From the NCBI RefSeq assembly GCF_009914755.1, contig NC_060932.1: a stretch of DNA of 64,000 nucleotides. One strand, 5' to 3'. This DNA is from the human T2T-CHM13v2.0 reference genome, Homo sapiens. Made by a program: the position numbers and the translations under genes. The stretch's first letter is position 1. The number at the start of each line of letters is the position of its first letter. Shown piece after piece: positions 37,418-51,681 of the stretch. The notes beneath the pieces were generated by a model. It did no database searches. It saw only the letters and a list, made by a program, of their open reading frames with translations, and was not told the DNA's origin.

Positions 37418-38869
37418 GCTTCCAAAATATGATGGCAGAACAAGCATGGAATAGACATTTTCATCCCAAAAGAGAGAAATAGGAAGGATGACAGTTCCTA
37501 AGTAGAAGTAATACCTCTCAAGGTAAACTCCATGAGTTCTTAGGGCTCAGGAATACTCCTCTTCGGATGCTCTGCCCTCCAGGCCCACTGGGGTGGTCCC
37601 TGATCCCATAGTTATGGGTGGTGGTCTGGCTCTCAAGGCGCTGCTGAGGGCACCACACCCAGGACTCCAGGCAACAGCAGCTTCTTATGATGAAGGAGGG
37701 ATAGTGGCCCCAAGTTTTGAAACTGAGGGGCAACCTTGGTGGTTTCTGAATTGCCTTTGGAATAATTCGTTTCTTTTCTTGGAGAATAGCACACGTAGAC
37801 ACCTGAATAGCATCATCATTCTATTGTCTGGTCCTGTGGAAGCTAAGAGGGCCAAAAGGCTTCTGTCGTCTCCTCCTTTCTCTGTTCCCTTTGATTCAAA
37901 ATGGGCATTTCTCTGCTGGTATAAATCCACCTCTATTCCTAGATATATACTGATATGTGATTAGATCTATGATTGAACCTATACTAATCTCCATACCAAA
38001 TGATTGTGTCAACATACCCTTAGTGTTCTCTTCTGAACACACTTTCTCTCCTTTTTTTTTTTTTTTTTTTTCTTAACATGGATAGGCTGAGAATTTTCCA
38101 AATCTTCAAGTTCTGGTTCTTTTTTTGCTTAACAATTTCTTCAATTTTCTCTCTCTTTTTGCATTTTACTATAAGCAGTGAGGAAAAACAAAGCCACTCC
38201 TTGAACGCCTTGCTTAGAAATATCCTCAGCTAAGTATCCAACTTCATGGTCTGCCTTTTCTACATCCCACAAAACAGTAGAACGTGAACACAATTCAGCC
38301 AAGTTCTTTGCCACTTTATAACAAGGCTCATCTTTGCTCCAGTTCCCAATCATGCCTTCCTCCTTCTCTTTCAGACCTCACAAGAAGCACCTTTCCTGTT
38401 CATATTTCTACCATCATGATGTTCATGATTTTTCATAGTATTTTCTAAGAAGATGTGTGCTTTCTGTCCATGTCTCCTCATTTCTTTCTGAATCCTCACC
38501 AGCATCACTTTGAATGCTCATATTTCTAACAACAGGCAATCATGGTAGTCTAGGCTTTATCTGGCACACTGAGCAACTTTCCTCCAGCCACCACCTATCA
38601 CCCAGTTCCAAATCCATTTCCACATTTTTAGATAGTTGTTATAGCAGCATTCCAATTTTAGTACCAAAATCTGTATTCGTCAGCCCAAGCTGCCATAATA
38701 AAATACCACAGACTGAGTGGTTTAAGCAACAGAAACTTATTTTCTCACAGTTCTGGAAGCTGAAAGTGCGAGATCAAGATGTTGGCCAATTTGGTCCCTG
38801 GAGAGGGTTCTCTTCCAGGCACGTAGATAACCACTTATTCCTACAGGCATTTCCTCTCGGCATGTGTGA

Positions 38870-39220
<351 letters not shown>

Positions 39221-39499
39221 TGAAATGACAACAGTCCTATTAGATTGTGGCCCCACCATTGCAACCTCATTTAACCTTAATTATCTTTCAAAGCCCTATC
39301 TCCAAATACAGCCACATTGCGGGTGAGGGCCTCAACGTAGAATTTTGAAGAGACACAGTTCAGTCCATAAGACATGGCTAACTTCAAATGGTGGGAAGAC
39401 TATACTGATGACTCCATCGATCACAGGCTTAGACATATAATTAAAAGGGATATATGTTATGTCTGAGCAGTAGCTGTGCAAACCATTGTGTTCTATTCC

Positions 39500-39687
39500 C
39501 TCATCTAAAGACTGAAATTGTTCTGCTAGAATCTTCCCCTTCAGCCTAGAATAGAATTATGTGGAACAGCATTTCTGCTGAAGGAATTGCTATATAAATA
39601 TAAAATAAACTTCTGTTATTCTAAGCTACTGAGATTTGGGGATCATTTCTTATCACAATACTACCCAGAAAAAGTTGACTAAGAACT
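39500..39687 (+). mobile_element. MLT1J-like LTR 3' fragment
   Basis: 'aataaacttctgttattctaagctactgagatttggggatc'. Confidence 0.55.
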
Positions 39688-40606
39688 TTTAACAATTCTC
39701 AATAGTACTTACAGTTATAGATGTGGGTTACTATTCCACAGCCAGAGTGGAGGTGTTATAATCTGTATGATTCTGCAAGGAATTTTGTAGCAGTTACCAG
39801 ATTAATCTTTCCTCATCAGAACCATGAGTATATAGATTTCTCTGCTCAAACCCTAGAATAGTCTAGTTTTCTTAGTCTTTTTCAATATGTTTTGTTTTTA
39901 CTTTGACCACTTAAAAATTATTATTAACCTCAGCCATTGACTTTATGATCAAATTCAATTGATATTTTAATGACTTCAGTTTCTTTCTTTGCAATTTTGT
40001 AATCTTCAACATTTTTTCCTAAATACGGTTTCCAATCTGTGTCCTTTAAGGCCCCCTTTGCACTGTTCTTCCCTTCTTAAAAAGTTGTTTGATCCCTCAG
40101 GTACAAGACAATGTGCATGACTCAAATTTCAATAACATTGTAACTATATAACTGTCATCAGAGACAGCATTTTATTATGTAACTTATGAAGATGTCTATC
40201 TCTTTGAGAGAGATTCTGTGCATAAAAATATTGGCAGAACCTTGAAAAAAGTTAAGGACACTTCACAAATACTGAATACAGGAACAACTCTACATCCCAT
40301 GTTGTATTAGATACTAAAATAGATAGGATCTCTTAAAGTATCATCCAAAAGTAAGCAACATTCATTTTCTATTGCATGACTGCCTATTGAACAGAGTCCC
40401 TGTGCAAGCCACACAGTCCATCGTAAGAGTTTGTTAGCTTACTATCAAATATCAAATGCATGCAGAAGGAAGACGAAGTAAGTGAAAGATCGTGACAGAG
40501 TTATTCAGCTAAAAGTCAATGTGAAAATGTGATGCTGACATCCTAAACTTCATTCAAACTTGTACTGCCTAGCATTTTAGATCAGATGTATATCATCCTT
40601 GTTTTT

Positions 40607-41247
40607 TTTTGTTTTGTTTTGTTTTGTTTTTGTTTTATTATACTTTAATTTTTAGGGTACATGTGCACAATGTGCAGGTTTGTTACATATGTATACATGT
40701 GCCATGTTGGTGTGCTGCACCCATTAACTCATCATTTAACGTTAGGTATATCTCCTAATGCTATCCCTCCCCCTTCCCCCCACCCACAATAGGCCCCGGT
40801 GTGTGATGTTCCCCTTCCTGTGTCCATGTGTTCTCATTGTTCAATTCCCACCTACGGGTGAGAACGTGCAGTGTTTTGTTTGTTGTCCTTGCGATAGTTT
40901 GCTGAGAATGATGGTTTCCAGCTTGACCCGTGTCCCTACAAAGGACATGAACTCATCATTTTTTATGGCTGCATAGTATTCCATGGTGTATATGATTGTA
41001 TATCTAGAAAACCCCATCATCTCAGCCCGAAATCTCCTTAAGCTGATAGGCAACTTCAGCAAAGTCTCAGGATGCAAAATCAATGTGCAAAAATCTCAAG
41101 CATTCTTATACACCAATAACATACAAACAGAGAGCCAAATCATGAGTGAACTCCCACTCACAATTGCTTCAAGGAGAATAAAATACCTAGGAATACAACT
41201 TACAAGGGATGTGAAGGACCTCTTCAAGCAGAATTACAAACCACTAC
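40607..41247 (-). mobile_element. Twin-primed L1PA (about PA3-5): 3' part 40607-40994(-), inverted RT segment 40992-41249(+)
   Basis: The + [11 protein letters not shown]...NYKPLL is ORF2p RT, and the - [17 protein letters not shown]...GGN is the ORF2p C-terminus. (GTTTT)n tail. TSD tc[a/g]tccttgttttt at 40593-40606 and 41248-41261. Confidence 0.95.
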
Positions 41248-42242
41248 TCGTCCTTGTTTTTAAAATAAATATTTTTCTATAAGTGATTCCTCCCATGTCA
41301 TTAATTCATACACCATATATCCCTTTTCTGGACTTTTTATTTTTGGGAACATCCCAATGCTTCCATCTCTTATGCAGATGTGCTTCCTGCTCCTCTTCAG
41401 GAGTCCCTGCGTCTGCCATCAGCTTTATTAGTAGCTTCTTTGTATTGGAGGCAGAAGTTGGGTCTGCTATTATATAAGCTCTGGGGTTTCAGAAATATAT
41501 TGCCTCTGTTCTACTCATGAGTTCTCAACTTATTGGTCAGTTGAGATTCAAACTCTCATCAGTACCAGGGGTTCATTATTTAAATAACTTCTTCCAGATG
41601 CCAGTGAAGAACATGTAGGCATCGGACTATGATTAAATCCAACATTGAAGGTTTCAGCCCAAGATAAGGAAAAACAAGACAGTCTTTTAGAAATGGGCAT
41701 CACACAGTAGTTTTGAAAATATCATCCACCCACCTATCCATCCATCTATCCATCTAAAATTGCATCCATACATAGCATGAGAGAGCATGCACGCACGGGA
41801 GAGGGTGATTTCGATGCAAACACAGACATACACTCATTACTCTTAGGAGCACGAAGATGTACAGAAAAGCCACTGAATAGCTTACATTGTTATGGACACA
41901 AAGCTGAAAACAATATAACATCATAGGATGATCTTATTCATGCAAAAAATCATTTACGTGACAGACAAAGAAAAATCCACTATCAGAGTTCAAGATTTAA
42001 CACACTTTTCTCAGTGACTTGAAAATAGAGATTAAAAAATATATCTATATAGATTTGAATAACACTCACAAGACTACCCCAGTAAATAGATACAAATTCT
42101 TAAATGCACACATAACATTTACCAGTAGAGACCATATGCTGGGCACTAAAACCAATTTTAATAAATCTCAAAGGTCTGAACTCATACCAAATATATTCTC
42201 TGACCACGATGGGCTTGGGTAGGAAACCAGTGACAAATAAAA

Positions 42243-42628
42243 TGTATTCGTCTGCTTGGGCTGCCATAACAAATTACCACAGACTGTATTGCTTGAATGG
42301 GAGAAGTGTGTCTTGTCATAATTCTGGAGGCTGGAATTTTAAGATCAAGGTGTAAGCAGGGTTGTTTTTATTGGAGACCTCTGTCCTTGGCTTGTAGCTG
42401 GCACTTTCTCCTTGCGTCTTCACATGGTCTTCCCTCTATTCCTGTCTGTGTGCAAATCTCTTCTTCTAAGGACAACAGTCATATTGAGTCAGGGCCTACC
42501 CTAATAAACTTAAGTTAACTTAACTACCTTTTTAAAGAACCTATCTCCAATTACAGTCACCTTCTGAGGGACTGGGGATTAGAAGTTCTACGTATGAATC
42601 TGGGGAGAATGCAATTCAGTCCATGACA
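42243..42628 (-). mobile_element. MLT1B-like solo LTR
   Basis: 'tgtattcgtctgcttgggctgccataacaaattaccacagac...caattcagtccatgaca'. Confidence 0.88.
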
Positions 42629-44118
42629 TAACTAGGAAAGCCATACATACTTAAACATTCAACAGTGCATTTGAAATAGCTTTACAGGTTAAGGAGGAAG
42701 TAACATGAACTATTAGAGATATGTTGTACTTCCTAATAATAATATTAACAACATCTCAGAATTGATGAGTCACATCTTCAGGATTGGTAAGAGAGGTATT
42801 CATACCTTTACATGCTCATATTAGAAAAGAAGAACAGTTCCAAATTTTAAAAAATTTAATTTTCCACGTGAAGAAACTATTAAAATAATAAAACAATAAA
42901 CCCAAAGTAAATAGAAGAAGCAAAATGATAAATACATGAGAAAAAATGGAACAGCCAACAGATGAATGATAGAGAAAATCAACAAAGTCCAAAGTTGGAT
43001 ATTTAAAAATGTTAATAAAATTGACAAATCTCTAGCAAGACTAGTTAGGATAACAAGAGAGAAAAGGAAAATAACAGCAATGTGTTTTAATGGAGAAAGA
43101 AGAATCTATTCAGAAAATGTTGCTAGATAAACTGGAAATAAATATGAAGAAAAATATTGTTTGTATCTCACATCATACCTAAATATAAATCCTAGATTGA
43201 GTGTTAAAATTAATTATTAAAAATGAAAACTTTCAGGCACATTGATGGCATAGTAGAATATTTCTGCAATCTTGCAGGAGGAAGATTTCTGAGACATAAT
43301 GCAAAAGGCACTGAACGTCAACAAACAAACAAACAAACAAAAAACCCACAGGGGAAGGGGTGAGAAACTACATTTCTTAAATACTTAAAACTCATGCTCA
43401 CCAAAAGTAACCATTATAATGGATTAGGCAAGCCCCTATGTGGGAGATAACATATGTAATACATGCCTATCACCCGCATTCACATCCAGAATACAGACAT
43501 AACACCTACAAATCAATAATAAAAAGCAAACAACTAAAAAGGGGCAGACATTTTTGGCACTACAAAAAAAAATTGAATATCCAAATGACGAATAAGCAGA
43601 TAAGAAGATGCTCAACATTATTATTCACTAGGAAAATGCAAATTGAAAGCATAAAATGGTGCAATTTAATACCTATCAGAACAGCTAAAATTAAAAAAAA
43701 AATAACAGCATACAGGCAAGGATGCAGAACCACTGCCATTTGCACACATTGGTGTGGGAGTTTTAAATGTTACAAACAGTATGGAAAACTGTTTGGTATA
43801 TATTATTCTCATAAAGTTAGACAACCTACCTTATAATCCAGTAATTCCAATCCTTATTTATTCACGGCCCCCAAATGAAAACATACGTTCGACTAAAAAC
43901 TCATACAAGCATATGCTCCTTATAATAATCTCCACCTGGGAGCAACTCATATATCCTTCAGCAGGAAAAATGGTTAAATAAATAGTATGGTATATTGGTA
44001 CAATAAAATACTACATAACAATAAAGAGGAACAGGTTCCTGATACACTCTCTGAAGCACAGAAATATTACATTGAGAAAATCATGATCTTTATGTGAAGT
44101 GTAAGAACACTAAATCTA

Positions 44119-44260
44119 GGGCCTGGTGCAGTGACACACCTGTAGTCCCAGCACTTTGGGAGGCTGAGGTGGGAGGATTTCTTAAGGCCAGGAGTTTGAG
44201 GTTACAGGAAGCCATGATTGCGCCGCTGAAGTCCAGCCTGGGCAACAGAGTGAGACACTT

Positions 44261-44291
<31 letters not shown>
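44119..44291 (+). mobile_element. Monomeric Alu (FRAM/AluJ-type)
   Basis: Single ~145-bp arm plus A26. Degenerate TSD aacactaaatcta / aacagtacatcta. Confidence 0.85.
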
Positions 44292-45974
44292 CAGTACATC
44301 TAATCTGTGATAGCAAAAATAAGCAAATAGTTGTACCTGTGACAGGAGAAGGAGAATTGGCCACAATGAGAAATGAGAAACAATATTCTCCATCTTTATT
44401 GAGATTTTGATGACATGGGCGTATACAGTTTTTGCAAATTATAAAATCGCATACTGAGATGTAGGTATTTTACGACACATAATGAAATATTGATTTAAAA
44501 TAAGCATCATAATGTTTCGCTGGTGAGAGGTCTTGGATCAGAATGGGTGGGAAAAGGCCCGAGGAACATAAAAGGAGGGTTTAGTCTCCGAGAACAGGTG
44601 GAGTAGGTAGACCTGTGTAAAACCAGATAAGGACTCACTGATTGAATGACAGCAGGGTGGAGCCTACGTTTGTTCAGTGGGTTTATCGTGATATTAAGCG
44701 AACCAGCCGGAGTGAAATGGAGACGTTCTTAAGGAGTTTTGGAAAGAAATACTCAGCAAGAACCACAAGTAAAAGTGCTCTGGTAGGAGACAAATGATGC
44801 TTGAACATGACCTATTTTGGGTAAATTAGTAAGATAAGATTATTCAGGGACGCTTTTTCTAGGAGTATTTTAGTTTGGAAATCACAACAGCAGAACATAT
44901 TCATAGGTCAGTGACGACTTGGGGTCTCTTCATCACCACATTTTTGCCATCAGCCAACCTCCTGCCCACAAGACATCTTTCTCAAATAGACTCCCAATTT
45001 TAGTAAGAACAATGAGCTTTATAAGTAAGTGCAGAATAAGGAAGTCATTTTTGCAGCTTCAACCCAAATTCCTGAAGTGGAACTCCTGTTATTTCGAAGT
45101 TCTCGGCATCAGTCCACAGCTGTGGATTCTGAGCATATTATCCCAGGATATATGGAAATGACAGATCTTTCTGAAGTTCAGCGAGATCGTGGAGTTTTAT
45201 CCAATGTTACTGAAACCTGTTCAGGAATACCGGGAAACACAGACGCTAAAGAAATCCGTGCGAGTTGCATTCCTCTATTTTTGAAATAGCTCAGAATTCT
45301 CAGCGTCATTTCAACAGCATGATTTTAAAAGTCTTTGAAACTCAAAATAGAACCCTCTCCAAATTGCACTGAATCAACGGATTCTATTCGTTCCAATCTT
45401 GCTAAACTTCACATCCTTGGAAATGACTAATGGAACAGATACCCCAACAATATCAGCAACTCCATTTCTGAATTAGTGTTTTCCAAATTTGGAGCCCTGG
45501 AGGTCTGGGACTATTTTGGACGTCCTAAGGATTTTCTCTCCAGGTGGTGGAGCAGTCCCAGGGACTCCAACGTAAGAGGAAAGAAAACTTTTTTTCCTGG
45601 GATCTTGTAGCATCCGCTGGACATGTCTTAAATAATGACTGCAGAGGCCTATCACTCAAGAGAGAGCCACAGGCAACTGAACAGTGTCTCAGAATTAAAG
45701 TGATTTGTTTGGGGAAAAAAATCCATACCATGGTGCAATGGATGAATGAATAAGGACATCAATGAAGAAATCAATCATCTACACTTGTTCAACTATCCAT
45801 ATGGCTTCTTCTTTGTCCTACTGTGAAGTATTTTCTCTCACCTTTCTCTTCAGAGCTACATAGCGTTCCTCCTCCCTTGGCTACTCGTGACCATGACCCC
45901 TTCATGTGCTCCAGATTCCAGCTATTCTACCACACTAGGTTCTAAGCACCTCTTCCTGGCTGAAACTTAGCAGT

Positions 45975-46110
45975 GCCCGCGAATTAGGTTCCCCAGCAAC
46001 CCAACTCTGAGACAGCAATTTGCCTGCAGTCTTTTGACTGGAGAGTGCTTCCAGAAACTGCCTCTAAGTTAGGCAGCTGGCAAAGCGCACAGAGGGGAGT
46101 TGGGGGATGT
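45975..46110 (-). mobile_element. LTR16-like LTR 3' fragment
   Basis: 'ggttccccagcaacccaactctgagacagcaatttgcctgcag...ggagagtgct' resembles the antisense LTR16 terminus. Confidence 0.55.
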
Positions 46111-47379
46111 AAAGGGGTCTGGAATGAAGGGGAGTATGAAAATCTATCCATCCTCTATGTTTTTTGTTCAAGCCTGAAAACTAGATAGTGATGATAACTA
46201 ACTAGAATTGGGGGAAAACAGGGTCCCGGAAATCATGGTCAAGGATTTGAAAGAGCCACCTCAGGGGATAGAAAACAGCTAATCAAGGGCTTGTGAAATT
46301 ATACTGAAAACTCTCAGTAAAAATTTAAAAATTAAAAATGGGAAAAAAATCTACAAGTGTGTAGAAAAGTGACTCAGAAGGTTTATGTGATTTTTCTTTA
46401 GTGCTTGGCTGGAAATAACTGGAGGAAAATAGCTGGTATTATCTGAGGCTGAGGCACGTGGCTCAGGTGCTGCAGGAGTCCAGAGGAGAAAGGAAATACA
46501 GGGAGAGAAAGGAAATACCTGTAAGAATGGAGTTGAAATTATTCAGCCAATAGAAGTCTCAGGATTGTTTTGAAATATTTCAATTCAAGGATGACTTTCA
46601 ATGGAAACCTCCGTTTTCAGTTTTCTCCTGGCATTATGGGAAGTAATCTGAAAGCCTTCAGAGATTTATGTAGAAGATGGTGTTTTAATAAAACCACAGT
46701 GATATATTATCTGTTTTTTAATTAATCATAATGGAACACCCATACAGGCATGTGGTGACTCGGAAAAAGATTGGAAAAACATCAGAAGTGTAGTATGCAA
46801 TATGCTAAACTTTTCAGCATTTTGTGTCTTGTTGAAAGGAAATAATTCTCTAAGGGAATTATTAAAACACATATATAACATAATATGAATCATGGACGCA
46901 AAATGTCAAGGAGAACCTTTGTATGTGCTTTAGGCAGCTAAGTTTGACGCCAAGCAGAAATAACCATTCTTGAAACTTGGAGTTATCACCAGCAGTGTAT
47001 ATGATACAGGGCTATGAAGCCTCTGAGATATATTGGTAGGCCTAGAAATTTGTAGGTCAATGTCTGAGTGTAATTGGAAGAAATCACATTCCAGTTATGA
47101 CCCCAGCCAATTAGGAAAGGTTGTGAAAGTTTGTCCTAGGAGTGTGAAATATTAGTAAGGCTGCAGAAATCACTATAAGCCATGGGCAAAATACAGACTA
47201 AATTCAGCCAGTTGTGTTTACCTGAAAGGCTAAAGGAAGATGATATAGCCAGTATTCACTGACTGCACTGCAAAGTCATGGGATCTATGTGCTCCTGCTG
47301 TTGTCTGCATTGCCCCTTGGTGCTCAGACCATGTCCTGTGTGTGCTACCCTGGCATAGTTGCTGTAGAATTTCATTTAC

Positions 47380-49300
47380 TCTTCAACTTTATGAAACTTA
47401 CTGATATGTTCTTCATCCTAACATGGTGGGTTTGGTTTTGTTTTTAGACGTTTCATGTGTATTTGAGAAGGTGGCATATTCTCTTTTATCTGAAAATAAA
47501 GTTGGATATATATGAATAAGATTTACTGAATTGATTTGGTAATGCACACTGCCCATATTCATACTTATTTTTAGTTATTTTGACCTGTGCTGGATTGAGG
47601 GTGATGTGTTAATCTCTTTAATGTGGGTCTTTTGATGTTTCATTTCTTGTTGCATGTTCTGCAGTTTCTGTTTTATGATGGTGGTTTCTATATTATTTGG
47701 TGCATAGATGTTTTTCAACATTGTATCTTTATTGTGAATTAGGACCTTTTAAATAAAGTATTCTTTATTTTAATTTTTACTCATTTAAAGATTTTTGGCT
47801 TTTTACCTTGTCTTTTGCAACCATGCTTTCTAATTATTTGCACTTGCTCTGTAATACCCGTGCCCATTCATTAACTTTTGTTTTTTCCAAATCTCTTTGC
47901 CTTTAGTTGCATCTCTTCTCTACAGTACCGTAGTTAGACTTCTCCATGCAAAACAAACTTAAAAAAAGTTCACTTTTTCATTTACATTTATTTATAGATC
48001 ATACACTTTTATGTTTATTGTACATTTTTGTTATATTAACTATTTTTTCTTTATTAGATCCTTATTTTTTTCATTACTTACTGTATTTTCAAAGTTTTGA
48101 ATTTTTGTTCTAATGATTACCTTTAAATAATACTTTATATAATGGCCTTAGTCTTTTGTTCCTCCTAACTTCACCTTTTGCTATGTGCTTTTCAGATGTA
48201 AATAATGTCTAATAATTACTGAGGTAACAATCAAAAAATTTAATTAAGTTTTTTGTCCTCTATCATTTGTTTAATTTTGTTGCTTTTACTTTGTCTGACT
48301 ATGCTTCTGCTCTTACCTCATCATTGATCTGCTTTTAGATCCATGCTGGGTGTGTTCAGCACCCAACAATTATCTGTGCTGAAAGTTCCCCAGCCGCTTT
48401 TTGCTTGGAAGAAGCTCACCCTCTAGGAGATTCCTCATGAAGAGTTCTTGAGTTCAGTATTTCCTGAATTCGTACATTTTCAAACCTTTTTAAAAATAGA
48501 TTCATACTTGAAGGATGACTTAATAAATTGAATACTTGGCTAACTCTTTTACTCAATTTCTTTAAAATGTTGCTTTGCTTGTATTTCCCTATGTTGCTTT
48601 CAAAAAGCCTAATGAAAACCTGATTTTATTTGTTTGGTAAATGACTTAGTTGTTTTGTCTGGAGGCTTAGAAACCTTTTTATTTTGAAGTCAAATAAGCA
48701 TATTTAGATTATAGCTTGGAACTGACCATTCTAGGTCATTTTCTTAAATATCTGGCGGACTTTTCAATATTGAAATTAATGTATTATTTAATTTTTGAAA
48801 AGTTTTATGGGATTAGAGTTTTAAGCATACCTTTATATTATTTTATTTTGTCACTCTTCAAAGACTCCAATTATATTGTATCTTCTTTACTTTTCATTTA
48901 CATCCACTTCTTTAATACTTTATCTGTATTTCTTTATTTCAAGCTTATTTTATCGCCTATGTGCATTCTTTTGGGGGATTGTGTAACTTATTCTCTATCT
49001 TAAAGCTGACACTTTTACTCATTATTTTTGTTTCATAAGTCCAAGTGTCCCTCAATTCACATCCTGCTTTTTTCTAAGGTTTTACATTTCTGTGGGTATT
49101 TTTTCCCATATTCACAAGCAGTTGCTTAAGGATACTTAATTAAGGGTACGGTTATCTGTAAGTGTTTTCCTTTGTTTTCTGTTTGACCTTTGGGGAGATT
49201 TTTCATCAACATCAGTTTCTTTTATTGCTTTCTTTCAGTAGCTTTATGTGGAAATTTTCTGGGGCTTGTTATTGTGTGTTATTTTCTGTTGCTTGAAACA
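47380..49300 (-). mobile_element. Highly decayed L1M/HAL1-like ORF1-to-endonuclease region
   Basis: T-rich + strand with antisense L1M motifs 'gtttcatgtgtatttgagaag...atattctc', 'ttatttggtgcatagatgttt' and 'tcatacttgaaggat'. Confidence 0.6.
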
Positions 49301-50371
49301 TTTTGTATTTTAATGTGCCCATGAACAGGGTGTGGGGGAGATTTTGGATGGCTTTTACGTATGTTACTCTGAGAACACCCTCTTTTATTTGTGGATTAGC
49401 ATAGAGTTTCCATAATCCATGGGGCCTCCTGTTTGTGTGGAAGTGGTTAGTGTGTCCTCTGATTTACAATCCCCTGTGGTTTCTGTAGCCCTGTTTTCCT
49501 ACTGTTGCCTTCTTTGCCATAAGCCTCCCACGATCACCTCCCCTTCCAAGTCGCTTTACTGTCACTTAGTTTTGTCCTTCTAAGATGGTCACCCCTTGTT
49601 CTGCACGTTTCCAAAGTCCTCCCCTTTTTCACAGTAGCAAGTTCTCTGCTCTACAAGGACCCAGACTTGTTCTCAGTATGCACAGTGGGACCCTTTCTTT
49701 CTAAAAGCGGCTTTCTTTGTGTGCTGCCCTCTCTGAGCTTCTGGTATTGAGTTTTTGTGGAGAATATCTGCATGTCTTGAACAATTTTGTAGATGTTTTC
49801 TTGTAGACATACACAATATTTTCTCTAGACTATGTACCAGGGTGATATTGGCCCTTACGTGGAAAAGTATGTCCTGATACAGAGTCATGAGGGTTTGGAG
49901 TTGGTTGAAAGATGAATGAGGGAAGGATTACTGAGGAAAATTATCAGTGAGGGAATGAGAAGAAACAAAGAACTCATCAAATCTCTTGCTAGTACAAAAG
50001 CAAAGTTGCTGTTTACTGTCATGAGGGAACATACGAGAGAAGAAGACATTTGTACAGAAAAACAAGAGCTTTGTTTACACAAACTTTGAGAGGCTTGATA
50101 GCCATCCAAATGGAATGGTTTATAAGAAAAGGGAATTGGCTACGAGAATAGACTTCAGGAAAAAGTTTGGGCTACAATTATTAAATAGTTATCTGAATGA
50201 TATCAATGTATAGGTAAAAGTTTAGTCATGGCACTGATGACATCACCTAGCATACCAGAGTCCAAGTGAAGAAACTTTGTTCACCCTGAAATGAGCTGCC
50301 TAAGTGAAATGGTGTGATTGAAACTCTGATTGTAAGGCTCAAAAGAAAACAGGACCTAATAGTTTGAAGGT

Positions 50372-50855
50372 GTATGTTTGTCAGCTATTTTCACAATGCT
50401 GCTGCATCACAAATTGTCTCTGAACTCACTGGCATAGAAAATTAGCATTTATTTCATGCTCATGAGTCTGAAGGTCAGCTGAGATTCAGTTGATCAAAGC
50501 TAGGCCCAGGTAGGTGGTTCCACTTCAAGCTCTGGGTCCAACTGGACTTGGCTTCTCATTGAGGATTGGGTTTTCATCTATGCTACACGAATTCACCATG
50601 GGACCCAGAATGAAGGGGCAGCCATGACCTAGTGACCCAGAGGCACCCCTACTCCTGTAATGCCAGGGCATAGGAAGGCCAGAAGGAGCAAGCACAGACA
50701 TTTAAGGAATGGGCTTCAAACTGGCAGACTGTCCTTTACATCCACCTTCCACTGGACACAGCAAGTCACATCACTGAGATCAAAGTCAAAGGGACAGAAA
50801 TGCCTTCTAGCTTTAGTGGGAATAATTGCACAACTCCATGGCAAAGGGTAGAGGA
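50372..50855 (-). mobile_element. MLT1H-like MaLR LTR
   Basis: 'agcatttatttcatgctcatgagtctgaaggtcagctg', 'ccactggacacagcaagtcaca' and 'catggcaaagggt'. Confidence 0.7.
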
Positions 50856-51681
50856 AAAGCTTCCCCAGCATGGAAATGCAAATTCAATATTTACTCTGTA
50901 TCTCCTTGGAAATCACCCAAAGCATCCAAGAGGTGAAACATACAAAACAAAACAAAATTAATAAACTCCATTTTTAGTGCATGAGGAGACAGCTAAAATG
51001 CCAACCTCGACTCTAGGTAAAAAAGTGGCCAAAGCTCTGGAATCCAAGAACAGATGCATTTAGGAGAAAACAGAGATAATTTGATGCAGAGGCAATTTGG
51101 TGCAGAGAGAAGATGAAATGATTGCAAATCTCAGAAATAGCTGATTGTATGGTACTTCTCAAAGGACAGGACATGCTGAGGTGAAAACTAAATTCCTTTC
51201 TGTAATGGTGACAAGAGAGCATTAGCTTTTGGCTAGAGGTTTTCTCGTTTTGGGTTGGTTCCATGGAGCAGAGAAAACAAGGCTAAATCGGACAAAAAAA
51301 AACTCAGAGGAATTGAAGGGGATTCTTTGCATTTCAAAAATACACATGCTTTTTACTACCCCATTTGGTTGAGTAGAAGCAAGTGTTTAACAAACTCACG
51401 CATAAAACCTGACCCATAAGAACAATTTCAGTTGGCCAGCAGTCTCAGGGGGCCCCTCCATGAAAGTCTTTCACAAATATTTGCATCAGGAAAACTCACT
51501 CCCTTCAATGCTGAATAATAAGAAAGTGTCTGTTCTAGGGTCTGTAATGATGTTTATGAATCAGAGGCTGAAAAAATCCCCTCTTCACATTTCTCACCTC
51601 CCCCTGAGGGCATAGAGAAATGTGAAGTAGGGATTTGGGGTGCCACAGTGGCTGAGGGGTGCTGCTGGTATTCAGTGGATG

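Larger units (their letters stand above)
41955..44500 (+). mobile_element. Old L1M (ME/MC-like) ORF2 and 3' fragments, interrupted by MLT1B and an Alu monomer
   Basis: ORF 42019..42222 TFTSRDHMLGTKTNFNKSQRSELIPNIFSDHDG is the endonuclease C-terminal motif. ORF 43438..43836 NKQIRRCSTLLFTRKMQI...PIRTAKIKK is the ORF2p C-terminal region. Confidence 0.8.

Noticed and set aside
40983-41282. 99-aa RT-like ORF
   Set aside because: Inverted fragment of a truncated L1 that begins after the catalytic FADD; not a gene.
46200-47250. Unassigned 1-kb segment, suspected ancient repeat or pseudogene
   Set aside because: The partial translations I tried gave no recognisable protein motif; needs nhmmer or BLASTX.
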